DNA of 64,000 nucleotides from a virus. Of the stretch, positions 54,639 through 63,528 are shown piece by piece; positions within the stretch are counted from its first letter, which is position 1, and each line of letters opens with the position of its first letter. Under the pieces are notes generated by a model, which was not told the origin of the DNA, ran no database searches, and saw only the letters and a list, made by a program, of their open reading frames with translations. The stretch lies in IMG/VR virus record IMGVR_UViG_3300043185_000079. One strand, given 5' to 3'. Both the position numbers and the translations under genes were made by a program.

Positions 54639-56240
54639 ATGTCCGAGAACGATTTCCAGGCCAATCAGTTCCGAACGTACCGGGCGGCCATCGATGGCAT
54701 CAGCCTCGGGTTTATCGCGACAGGCACGGGGGGCTACTCTCCACGCAAAGGAGAGGTGCTCCAGTACGACGGCACGACTGTCGTGCTGAGCGATGGGCGT
54801 GAGTTCGCCGATGTGCCCCAGCTGCGAGGTGCCATCCGTGAGAGGTGGTTCGTGCTCGATGACGATGTAGCCCCCGTCCACCGTCCTCGAGCAGCCGGCA
54901 TCAAGGTGCGAGGCACGGAGCACCGCGGCGGCGAGAGGCCCTCGCTCGTGGCTATGGAGACAGAACGCGCGGAGGAGGATGTCGTGGTCACGGTGGAGGC
55001 ACGGCGGCGCCACCGAGAAAAAACGAACGCCGAGGCGACAAGACGAGTTCCGTTGGAGTCGGTCGAGGCGCGTCGAGCATTCGACGGCATCATGGACCCC
55101 GAGGTCCGGGCCATGATCGCGGAAATGGACGCCGAGTTCGCGTCGACGCGCACCGACTTTGTCAAGGCGACCCCGGTGTCGACAGACGCCAACGAAGCAC
55201 AACGTGTGATCGAAGAGGACATCTTGGCACTGCTCTCGTCGATCACCGATGTCCCTAGCAAGCCCGCGCGATCTCGGCGCGCCGAGAAACAGGTCCAGCC
55301 GGCGCCGAGGCAGTATCCCGTCGAACGGCAGGAAGACATGCACGTGACTCTCGGACAACAAACCGTCGACGATTTCGGACAGCCGGGTTCTGTGGTCGGC
55401 ACGGTCGGCACCAAGCGCCAGATGACGGTCGAGCGGCAGCGGGACATCGACATCGCTGGGGTCGCACCTGCGAAGCCTGCCTACGAGAGTCCGCGGCCCA
55501 CACCCCGTCTTGGTGGCTCTGGGACGATCGTCGTCGACGAGGAGCGCGATATGGGAGCGATCACTCTCTCGAACGAACAACCGGCCATCCGCATGGGCGA
55601 GGCTGCGACGGCGCGTACGAACCACGAGTCGATCAGGATGGGAGACGTTGAGGTGGGCCGGCGCGAGGCCCGAGCGGAAGCCTCGGAGAGCGGGCAGGAA
55701 GGCCGCCCGGTCGGACGCGTCCTATCTCCGACACACCGGACGTTCGTGGCCACCGACAGCAACACATCGAGAACGGCCATCGAGCGGACAGAACAGGGGA
55801 CGACTCTCAGGGTCGAGAAATACGCTGTCCACGAAGAGGAGCGAGCGGCCGGGGTTGTTGGTCGGCGGACTTCGGTGGCTACGGGAGACGTACAGGAGGC
55901 GCTGGCAGGGGAGGACCTGCCGGACATCTTGCCGGACGCAGCCACGGGTCCGGCACCGAAGCACGAACTCCCGCCAGACGTCCAGGCCAAGTACGAGGCC
56001 GTGCGTGCCATGCTGCCGAACTTCGAGTGGAACCGGGATCGGCCGATGCGCGAGCGTGTGCAGGAAGCCCTCAAGCACATCAAGGACCCGATGTTCGTCA
56101 AGGGCATCCTCGCCGTCGAGACAGAGATGGCTCGCGAGGAGATCAAGAAGGCCCTCGCAGACGCCTTGGCCGAGGAGTCGAAAAAGAAGGGCGGCGCTTC
56201 GGGTGAGAAAAAGGCCGCGTCAGCAGCCGGAAGCGATTGA
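54639..56240 (+). CDS. large hypothetical protein
   Basis: 533 aa; internal repeats of V/I-x-x-E-R-D-I/M segments. Confidence 0.65.
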   Translation: MSENDFQANQFRTYRAAIDGISLGFIATGTGGYSPRKGEVLQYDGTTVVLSDGREFADVPQLRGAIRERWFVLDDDVAPVHRPRAAGIKVRGTEHRGGERPSLVAMETERAEEDVVVTVEARRRHREKTNAEATRRVPLESVEARRAFDGIMDPEVRAMIAEMDAEFASTRTDFVKATPVSTDANEAQRVIEEDILALLSSITDVPSKPARSRRAEKQVQPAPRQYPVERQEDMHVTLGQQTVDDFGQPGSVVGTVGTKRQMTVERQRDIDIAGVAPAKPAYESPRPTPRLGGSGTIVVDEERDMGAITLSNEQPAIRMGEAATARTNHESIRMGDVEVGRREARAEASESGQEGRPVGRVLSPTHRTFVATDSNTSRTAIERTEQGTTLRVEKYAVHEEERAAGVVGRRTSVATGDVQEALAGEDLPDILPDAATGPAPKHELPPDVQAKYEAVRAMLPNFEWNRDRPMRERVQEALKHIKDPMFVKGILAVETEMAREEIKKALADALAEESKKKGGASGEKKAASAAGSD

Positions 56241-56243
56241 TCT

Positions 56244-56258
56244 CGGTTTTCGCTTGAT
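56244..56258 (+). promoter_or_regulatory. CGGT-N8-TAT motif variant
   Basis: CGGTTTTCGCTTGAT, 22 nt before ATG 56280. Confidence 0.5.
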
Positions 56259-56279
56259 GGCCCCCGCACTGGTGAGGCC

Positions 56280-56690
56280 ATGCCACGTTTGCGAAGAGCT
56301 GGAAGCCAGGCAGGGTGGGCTCTGATCTCCGGCGGGGTGAATGCCGCCAGGGTCGACGTTCACCGCCTCCACCAGATCGTGGGGAAGGTTCTGCGTCTCG
56401 TCGAGCAGAGCAAGGATCGCGAGCACATCTATCAGGTCGCAGGTGACGTCATCCTGGGCATCCCCCAGATTCTCGATCGTCTGGAACAGCAGCTCGACGA
56501 GACCGGCTACGCCTTATCAATCATGGGGAAGGACCATCTCAAGGACCGCCTCCCTCTTTCTCGTCGCACGCGAGTGGACGAGACCGTCGAGGGAGCGCCA
56601 GCGTTCAGCGTGTCAATGTTGAAGGACTCGGCACGTCGAGTGGCGGAACGACACATCGCGCGTCGAGTGGATCGACGCGGGAGGTCGTAG
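56280..56690 (+). CDS. putative internal head protein
   Basis: LRRA|GS N-terminus; C-terminal SARRVAERHIARRV. Confidence 0.65.
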   Translation: MPRLRRAGSQAGWALISGGVNAARVDVHRLHQIVGKVLRLVEQSKDREHIYQVAGDVILGIPQILDRLEQQLDETGYALSIMGKDHLKDRLPLSRRTRVDETVEGAPAFSVSMLKDSARRVAERHIARRVDRRGRS

Positions 56691-58435
56691 TGCCCGACTT
56701 CGGGATCCGCAAGCGAGCAATGGCCCAGGACAGCACGGATCCTGTGCCCGAGGACGTCATCCGCGAGGAGATCCGCGCCGCGGCCGAGATTCTCAGGACG
56801 GCTTACCGATCCGGGTGGCAGGAATGGCCCGGGTGGAAGACCGTTGTCGATGAGAAGAGCGAGAAGGGCATCTTCCCGCGCGACACTGAGGACAGCAGCA
56901 CGGAACGGGGACAGAGCAGGCTCGATCATGCGTGGCCTGTCCAGCTTCCGCAGCCTCGGGAGAAGGAACGCGCGTTGCCACTTCCCTCCGACTTCGACAA
57001 GAAACGCGAGAAGCGAATTGGCCCGACTTACTACAACAAGAACCGAAAGGTCCCGTACCGCACACATCCAGAGAAGGGGGACGAGTACGGCCATCCCGTG
57101 AAACTGGATTACAACTATGACAGGCGACGCCAGGAGGTGACCGCCGGGGATACGCGGGAGGAAGACGGATCTCCGGAGGAGCGAGAGGCCGCCGGGTTGT
57201 TTCCCGCCAAGCATCAGCAAAACCAGCGTGGCCAATCGCGTGTCTACTACAAGCAGTGGTACCTGCGTAACCGCGAGCCCATCAAACGCAGGGAGAGAGT
57301 CAAGTACCAGACTAGGCTCAAGCACGATCCGCGCGACAAGCTCCGTCGGAAGTATCGGCGGCTGTACCCCCACAGATACAAGCGGCGAGGACTCGGGCCG
57401 TCGACGCCCGCCGAGCGATCTCGAGAGTGGCGCGAGGAGAAGGCAAAAGAGCGACAAGCCTCGGTGTATCACGCAGGGCTTAAGGCGCTGGCGAGCGCCA
57501 TGGAGATCCTTGGGATCGACCGAGTTGCTGCGAACTGGCCCGTTGACTGGGGGACACACTACAAGAAGGTCGAGCCGCCCGAACAACTTGACCAGAACCA
57601 TCCACCAGCACAGCCGCGCAGCACGACGCCGCGCAGCGATCCGTCCAAACAGAAGGGGGAATCTCTCCGTGCACCCGATCTCGACCGCAAGCACCAAAAG
57701 GGCTTGAAGTGGCAGATCGAGCCCAGGGCTCCCGGGGGCGCCTACCCGATCCGCGAGGTGAACAACCCGGGGAATGGCTCGGGCAAGGTCATCCCGATGT
57801 GGGGAGACTTCGTCAACAACACGCAACAGATGCCGGACGGGCGGCAGGACCGGTATGTCCGAAACGATAACTTCGATGTGAAGACGGCCGCCACGCTCGG
57901 TGAAATCCTTGCCCGCGTCGACAGGAAAATCCGAGCGCGTGCCGTCGGCCTCGATCCCCAGCTTCAGCGGACCGACACGAAGAATTGGATCTGGACGTGG
58001 CGTGTTGGGAAGCACGCGGTCAAGGTTCAGGCGTTCAAGCGCGGCACCGCGTCGAACTTCGACAAGGTGAATCTCAGGGTCTCGTGTAGCTGCCCGTTCT
58101 GGCAGTGGTGGGGTCCCGAGCATTGGGGGAAACGGGACGACTACCTGCGCGGGGAACCCCGTGGCACGGCAACCCCCCCAATGATTCGCGATCCTTTCCA
58201 CTGGCGGCCGGTGTGCAAGCACGCCTATGCCGTTCTCCGTCGTTCGCAGAAATTCTTCGTGAGGCCGGAGAAGTCGCCTCTACGCCATCTGGCTCGGTTT
58301 TCAGCCGATAGTCCCGAGTCGGTCGTGATCGAGTGTTTGCCCACGCCTTCGCCAGAGCAAGTAGCTCTTGCCGCGGTCACGCGCGAGATCGGTCAGAGGG
58401 TCGCCCGCAGGTATCTTGGCGAGGAGGGGGTCTGA
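56690..58435 (+). CDS. SWIM zinc-finger protein with RVA/KTA motifs
   Basis: VSCSCPFW..VCKH SWIM motif; VKTAA precedes that domain; C-terminal GQRVARRYL. Confidence 0.7.
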   Translation: MPDFGIRKRAMAQDSTDPVPEDVIREEIRAAAEILRTAYRSGWQEWPGWKTVVDEKSEKGIFPRDTEDSSTERGQSRLDHAWPVQLPQPREKERALPLPSDFDKKREKRIGPTYYNKNRKVPYRTHPEKGDEYGHPVKLDYNYDRRRQEVTAGDTREEDGSPEEREAAGLFPAKHQQNQRGQSRVYYKQWYLRNREPIKRRERVKYQTRLKHDPRDKLRRKYRRLYPHRYKRRGLGPSTPAERSREWREEKAKERQASVYHAGLKALASAMEILGIDRVAANWPVDWGTHYKKVEPPEQLDQNHPPAQPRSTTPRSDPSKQKGESLRAPDLDRKHQKGLKWQIEPRAPGGAYPIREVNNPGNGSGKVIPMWGDFVNNTQQMPDGRQDRYVRNDNFDVKTAATLGEILARVDRKIRARAVGLDPQLQRTDTKNWIWTWRVGKHAVKVQAFKRGTASNFDKVNLRVSCSCPFWQWWGPEHWGKRDDYLRGEPRGTATPPMIRDPFHWRPVCKHAYAVLRRSQKFFVRPEKSPLRHLARFSADSPESVVIECLPTPSPEQVALAAVTREIGQRVARRYLGEEGV

Positions 58436-58436
58436 A

Positions 58437-58829
58437 ATGCCGCTCTACTGCTACAGGTGCCCAACTTGCGATCGAGATTTCGACGAGATGGCCCCGCTCG
58501 CTGACTATCAGAAACCACAACTGTGCCCCATCTGTGGAGGCAAGTCTCCGCGAATTCTAGGGACCAAGTTCCCTGGGTTCGTTCTCGTGGGCGACGGGTG
58601 GGCCAGCAAGAACCTGCGTGTGGCCAGTCAGATGCGCCGCAAGAACGAGCGCTTGGGCGCCCGTGAGCGGGAGATGAAAGGTGACGGTACCGTGCCTCAG
58701 CTCGTGCCGAACGTCGGAGGTGAGCGCACTGAATCGTGGTCTGACGCGGCCAAGCTCGCCAAGGATCGGGGTCACGACGCCTCGGGCTACGAACACAGAG
58801 CCCGCGAGGAGAAGGCGAAGTCCGCATGA
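58437..58829 (+). CDS. FmdB-family zinc-ribbon protein
   Basis: MPLYCYRCPTC..F..CPICGG..G.GW. Confidence 0.8.
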   Translation: MPLYCYRCPTCDRDFDEMAPLADYQKPQLCPICGGKSPRILGTKFPGFVLVGDGWASKNLRVASQMRRKNERLGAREREMKGDGTVPQLVPNVGGERTESWSDAAKLAKDRGHDASGYEHRAREEKAKSA

Positions 58830-59569
58830 CTTCCCAGTTCCCCATCCCGAACATCCTGGACAGGGCCGCTGGCTACCTGACGCTCCAATTTCGCAACGAC
58901 TCCAACATCCTTGGATACCGGATTCGCGTCGCCAACTCGCTGGACAACGCGTACGGCCCCTTCAACGGGGTTGTTGGCACGGGGACGACGGCGCTGTTCG
59001 ACGTCAACCGAGGCCAGACGTTTATCTCGCGGCCGATCAGGATTCGTCGCACGGCCATCATGGGGGACACGACTCGTGGTCAGACCCGGGCCACGTATGA
59101 TCCGAACGAGTTTTTTGGCCTCTCTCCCGAAGTCCCGGCCGACTCCCAGATCGCGTTCATGCGTGTCCAGGTGCGCACGGTCGCGTCGCCAACCTTCCCA
59201 GGCGCTGCCACGGCGGCGAACCAGAGTGACATCCTCGTCGTCCAGGACCCGGCCTTCTTCGATGTTCCTCGCCCGGCTATCACACTCGCCGGCACAGCTC
59301 CCGACTTGGCCACTGCTGTAGCCGGCCTCCCAGCCCCGCCCGAGGCGCTGGTCTTTCGCCTGCCAGCCTTCGGTGACGCGATGGTCTTCACGAACACAGG
59401 AGGCTCTCCGCTCTTGTTCGCCACGGGACTCGGCCAGCCGTTGATTTCTGTGCCTGCAGGCGAGGTTGTCCCTCACCAGGGCGGGTTGAAGGATGAACTG
59501 GTGATCTGTGCGTCGGGAGCCAACCCGACGTTCTCCGTCGTGATCGCCTGTGTGTCCGGCATGCGCTAA
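58826..59569 (+). CDS. putative structural protein
   Basis: Beta-rich A/G/T/P composition; ATGA coupling. Confidence 0.55.
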   Translation: MTSQFPIPNILDRAAGYLTLQFRNDSNILGYRIRVANSLDNAYGPFNGVVGTGTTALFDVNRGQTFISRPIRIRRTAIMGDTTRGQTRATYDPNEFFGLSPEVPADSQIAFMRVQVRTVASPTFPGAATAANQSDILVVQDPAFFDVPRPAITLAGTAPDLATAVAGLPAPPEALVFRLPAFGDAMVFTNTGGSPLLFATGLGQPLISVPAGEVVPHQGGLKDELVICASGANPTFSVVIACVSGMR

Positions 59570-59580
59570 AGACGCGCTAT

Positions 59581-59595
59581 CGGTTTTCCCTTTAT
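59581..59595 (+). promoter_or_regulatory. CGGT-N8-TAT motif
   Basis: CGGTTTTCCCTTTAT upstream of the paralogue triplet. Confidence 0.6.
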
Positions 59596-59644
59596 AGGCG
59601 AGCCAGATTAGCGAGCGCCTGCTCCGGGACTCGGAGGAACACAC

Positions 59645-60313
59645 ATGCCGTACATCATCATGCGTCGCGCGGACATCCCGAACGGGGTCCTCCAGATCGA
59701 CGACCTCTGGCCCAATGACAGCCAGCGCAACTACATCTACGATCCTCCAGGTCAGAGCGGGTACGTGCGCCAGGTCCCGGAGAACCAGACCGTGGCGACG
59801 ACGGGCGCGGGCCCGATCTTGACGGTCCGCGACTACTGTGGTCTCGCGGCCTACCTGATCGACAACACCGAGGACCAGGCTGCGGGCCAGGCTTTGACGG
59901 CGGCAATCGTGAATACTGCCTCGGCCGAGATCATCGGACGGACTCGGGGCGGGCAGTCTGTGACGCTCGCTGATATCGGGGCCGCCCTTGTGACTGCTGG
60001 AGCAGGATTGGGTACGAATATCAACGTGGGCACCTCGACGGGCAGCCTCGCCGATGTCCTGGCCATCTTGGCCGGCGCCAAGTACATGCTGCCAGGGGGC
60101 TCCACGATCGAGAATGGAGCCAACGTGTTCGTGCCGGGTCCGCATGGGAGTTTCGAGACGCCACCCCACACGCGGCTTGTGCTTCAGACGGGAGCCTTCA
60201 ACGTCTCCAACGGTGCGGGAGACCTCTTCAACTGCAAGCGTCCCGACTTCATCTGGAACACCGTGCTCGGACCCGCTGTGACCGTGCTCGCTGACGACGG
60301 AACCGTCCTGTAG
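59645..60313 (+). CDS. structural protein, paralogue 1 of 3
   Basis: MPYIIMRRADIPNGVLQ..PNDSQRNYIYDPPGQ ... AVTVLADDGTVL. Confidence 0.7.
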   Translation: MPYIIMRRADIPNGVLQIDDLWPNDSQRNYIYDPPGQSGYVRQVPENQTVATTGAGPILTVRDYCGLAAYLIDNTEDQAAGQALTAAIVNTASAEIIGRTRGGQSVTLADIGAALVTAGAGLGTNINVGTSTGSLADVLAILAGAKYMLPGGSTIENGANVFVPGPHGSFETPPHTRLVLQTGAFNVSNGAGDLFNCKRPDFIWNTVLGPAVTVLADDGTVL

Positions 60314-60335
60314 GCGATCCCAAGGAGACCAAAAG

Positions 60336-61400
60336 ATGCCGTACATCATCCTCAAGCGCGACGACATCCCGGCGGGGACGCTTCAGGTGCTCGATCTTGA
60401 GCCGAACACCTCCCTGCGCAACTACGTGGTCGATCCTCCGGGTCAGACGAAGTACGTTAACCCGGTCATCAACGAGCCGGTCGTCGTCTACACTCCGTCG
60501 GGCCCGGCGGGACCGTCGATTTTCCGAGCTGTCAGCGGCCTTGCCGCGTGGCTCATCACCAACGTCAGTGACGGGACGGGTGCCTTGGCGACGGCGGCAT
60601 TCGTGTTTGGACCCGCGGCCGTGCTCGACGGAGAGACGATCACCGTTGGGACCGGGCCCGTGGGTGGCCCGACCGTGACGTTCACGTTCCGCGATACCCC
60701 GACGCTGCCGACGGAGGTCTTGATTGGGCCAACGAACTCGGCGACGGCAGGCAACTTCAACGTCATCCTGAACAACCCCGCTCTGGGGCTCACGCCGTAC
60801 GTCACGAGCACCGTCGCAGCCGAGATCGTGACGATCACGGCGGTGGAGCCTGGTACGGCGTCCAACGCGATCACCCTCGCCGATACGTCGGCGAACATCA
60901 CTCCCTCCGGCGCGACACTTGCCGGAGGCGCGGACGCCGCGGCTCTCACGGCCGTGCAGGCGAACACGATCGCAGCCGACATCCTGAGCGACATCGTCCG
61001 TTTCGGAGATCTCGCGCTGCCGGCGCTCGCCGCGGACCTGGTTGCCATCAACGTCGTGATCTCGGGGGTCGTCGCCACTGCCTCCATCACCGCTGGCCAG
61101 CTCCCCGATCTCCTTGACGTGCTCGCCGGACGGATTTACCAAGTGCCGAAGGACGTGCAGGTCGAGACGGCTCTCGGCGTGTTCGACGTTGTTCCCAACG
61201 TCGGTGCACCCGATGGTCCCGGATTCGTGGACGGGACCCTTCGCGACATCTTCCAGACCGGTGCCCTCAATCTCTCCGTGGCAGGAGGCGAACTCGCTGG
61301 GTTTCTTGACTCAAAATTCGTCTACGCGGGCGTCGCGGGGAGCCCCAACGGCGAGGCCGTGGTCGTCTACAACGACGACGGAACCATCTTCACCCCGTAA
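60336..61400 (+). CDS. structural protein, paralogue 2 of 3 (with sheath-like insertion)
   Basis: MPYIILKRDDIPAGTLQ..PNTSLRNY..DPPGQ ... AVVVYNDDGTIF; about 115-aa insertion. Confidence 0.7.
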   Translation: MPYIILKRDDIPAGTLQVLDLEPNTSLRNYVVDPPGQTKYVNPVINEPVVVYTPSGPAGPSIFRAVSGLAAWLITNVSDGTGALATAAFVFGPAAVLDGETITVGTGPVGGPTVTFTFRDTPTLPTEVLIGPTNSATAGNFNVILNNPALGLTPYVTSTVAAEIVTITAVEPGTASNAITLADTSANITPSGATLAGGADAAALTAVQANTIAADILSDIVRFGDLALPALAADLVAINVVISGVVATASITAGQLPDLLDVLAGRIYQVPKDVQVETALGVFDVVPNVGAPDGPGFVDGTLRDIFQTGALNLSVAGGELAGFLDSKFVYAGVAGSPNGEAVVVYNDDGTIFTP

Positions 61401-61420
61401 CCCCGTAAGGAGACCGGACC

Positions 61421-62107
61421 ATGCAAGTCTTCCTCGTGATGCGCCGCACCGACATCCCTGACGGGGTGCTCCAGCAAGTTGACCTCAAGCCGAACACGTC
61501 GAACCGCAACTACATCTACACACCGAGCACACAAGGAGGCCAGACGGGCTACATCCGCAACATCGCCCCGTCCCCGGCGATCACGCCTTTTGTCCTCCCT
61601 GGCCCACCGTTCGTTGCGACGGCTGCCCTCACCGGCCTCGCCGCCTACTACATGGGCAATGTCGATCAGGGTCCAGCACCTGGTGGACCGGTGCTGATCC
61701 CGCCTATGGCTGATCTGGCTGCGGCGACGACGATCACTGCGGCGCAAGCTGGGACCATTCTGGATTCTCCCACCATTGCGGCCCTCTTGGTCGCTGCTGG
61801 GGCTATTCCCGGCACGACCATTGACGCAGGCGGATCCACCGGCTCTGTCGCCGAGGTGCTGAGCATTCTCTCCGGGCGTGTCTACGACATCGCGGCTGGC
61901 TCGCTCCTCTCTGATGGTGCGGGAGCATTCGCGGGCCGTGTGGGGACCTTCGATGATACGACGTATCGTCATCTTTACGATAACGACGGGTTCGTCGTGT
62001 CGAATACGTATGGGAACCTCTCGCTCATGAAGAGCGCGGACTTCACGTACGACGGGACGACAGGCGCGGCCATCGTGGTGTACTCGGCGACGGGTACGGT
62101 GATGTAG
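61421..62107 (+). CDS. structural protein, paralogue 3 of 3
   Basis: MRRTDIPDGVLQ..PNTSNRNYIY ... AIVVYSATGTVM. Confidence 0.7.
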   Translation: MQVFLVMRRTDIPDGVLQQVDLKPNTSNRNYIYTPSTQGGQTGYIRNIAPSPAITPFVLPGPPFVATAALTGLAAYYMGNVDQGPAPGGPVLIPPMADLAAATTITAAQAGTILDSPTIAALLVAAGAIPGTTIDAGGSTGSVAEVLSILSGRVYDIAAGSLLSDGAGAFAGRVGTFDDTTYRHLYDNDGFVVSNTYGNLSLMKSADFTYDGTTGAAIVVYSATGTVM

Positions 62108-62172
62108 CATCGCGATTGCCCGCTTCCTCCCCCCTGGGGACGGTCAGAATCCACAGACAAAGGAGACGTGAC

Positions 62173-62430
62173 GTGTCAGACAACAATCTGAGCGGGTACC
62201 GAACATCCGACATGTACTACGCCGCATACCTGAAGGTCGCCGGGATGAAGCTGCTCGGGACTCAGCGAGAGGGCGGCAGGGTGTTTTTCGTCTTCGAGGA
62301 GAACGAGGGAAACGGGATCCGCGATCTTCGAGATCAGTACTACAACCGCTCAAGCAAGGTTCCCGCGCTCACGTACGCCGACGAGATCAAGGTCATGAAG
62401 GCTCTCACGCACGAGGGACGAGGGGACTGA
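62173..62430 (+). CDS. DUF5659-like small protein
   Basis: YRTSDMYYAAYL..G..REGGRVFFVFE. Confidence 0.6.
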   Translation: MSDNNLSGYRTSDMYYAAYLKVAGMKLLGTQREGGRVFFVFEENEGNGIRDLRDQYYNRSSKVPALTYADEIKVMKALTHEGRGD

Positions 62431-62435
62431 AGACG

Positions 62436-63017
62436 TTGCGCCTGGACGAGATTATAGCGGGGAACGACGTCGTTCAGCGCCATCTCGCCCAGGAGAGGCA
62501 GGCGTTGCTCGCCATCTCACCCATGGCTCGCTCCGCCATCGAACGCGAGATTCTGCCCCAGATCGAGAGCGGCGTCACGGGACCCGCGGCGGTGGACAGT
62601 CTGCGCGACTCGACGAAGGCCGAGATCGAGCGTGCTTTCCGGGCCAAGGACCCGGTCTACACGCGTCTGATCAGCTACAAGTCGATCGATCAGAGCGACA
62701 CGCAGTATCTCAGCGATCTCCTCACGGTGATGGACGAGTGGGCGACCAAGACACGGGACACGCTTGGTGACGACGACGCGGTGAAGCTCAAGATCGAGGT
62801 CGAGAGCGAGGTCGAGAGCGAGGTCAAGGTCAAGAGCGATGGCGGAGTCGACGTGGAGGTGAAAGAGATCCAGCGCGAGGTATCGCCGCCCCCTCTCGAC
62901 AGCGTCTCCTTCGAGCCTCCTCTCAATGGTCTTCGCAATCTTGGGGCCCCGTCCGGCGAGGAGGAAATCCCTCTCGCTGACGAGGACGACTTCGACTTCG
63001 GGGACGTGAGGCTGTGA
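62436..63017 (+). CDS. hypothetical protein
   Basis: Acidic C-terminus; GAGGTCGAGAGC duplication. Confidence 0.55.
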   Translation: MRLDEIIAGNDVVQRHLAQERQALLAISPMARSAIEREILPQIESGVTGPAAVDSLRDSTKAEIERAFRAKDPVYTRLISYKSIDQSDTQYLSDLLTVMDEWATKTRDTLGDDDAVKLKIEVESEVESEVKVKSDGGVDVEVKEIQREVSPPPLDSVSFEPPLNGLRNLGAPSGEEEIPLADEDDFDFGDVRL

Positions 63018-63021
63018 AACC

Positions 63022-63528
63022 ATGGCCGTCTGCTTTCCGGTCGGAACCGAACTCGGTCGCAACGACCTGAAGATCTTTCTGGTCGACGAACTCGGTGTTC
63101 CCCTGAACGCCGCGGAGATCTACTACACGATCTTCTTCGTGGACCAGAGCATGGGCCCTCCGGGGGTTGAGGTGCAGATCGGGCCCACCGACCGTATCCC
63201 GGTCAATCCCTCCGTGGGGGAGTACTACGCTTCACTGCTCGTTCCTCCAGGGGCGTCTCCAGGACAGTATCGGATCCGCTGGAGGTTCCGACGGACGCTC
63301 GCCGACGAGTTCCAGGAGGTCGTGCAAGAGTTCGGCGTCGACGATCCCGGGTCATGCGTCGACGGTCAGCCATTGATGTCGACATGCGAGGCCGGTCTCG
63401 TCGACAAGCTCCGCGTGCTGCTCCGGGACAACTGTGTGGGCGCCGAGGAGACCGTCGAGTTGGACGTGGACGGTAAACGGATGGTGGTGCGCATGGACGA
63501 TCTGTGGGAGGCTCTGAAGGATGCGTGA
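63022..63528 (+). CDS. structural protein N-extein fused to a putative 31-aa split-intein N-fragment
   Basis: Ig-like GEYYA..PGQYRIRW segment, then LRDN|CVGAEETVEL..G..VRMDDLWE followed by a stop. Confidence 0.6.
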   Translation: MAVCFPVGTELGRNDLKIFLVDELGVPLNAAEIYYTIFFVDQSMGPPGVEVQIGPTDRIPVNPSVGEYYASLLVPPGASPGQYRIRWRFRRTLADEFQEVVQEFGVDDPGSCVDGQPLMSTCEAGLVDKLRVLLRDNCVGAEETVELDVDGKRMVVRMDDLWEALKDA

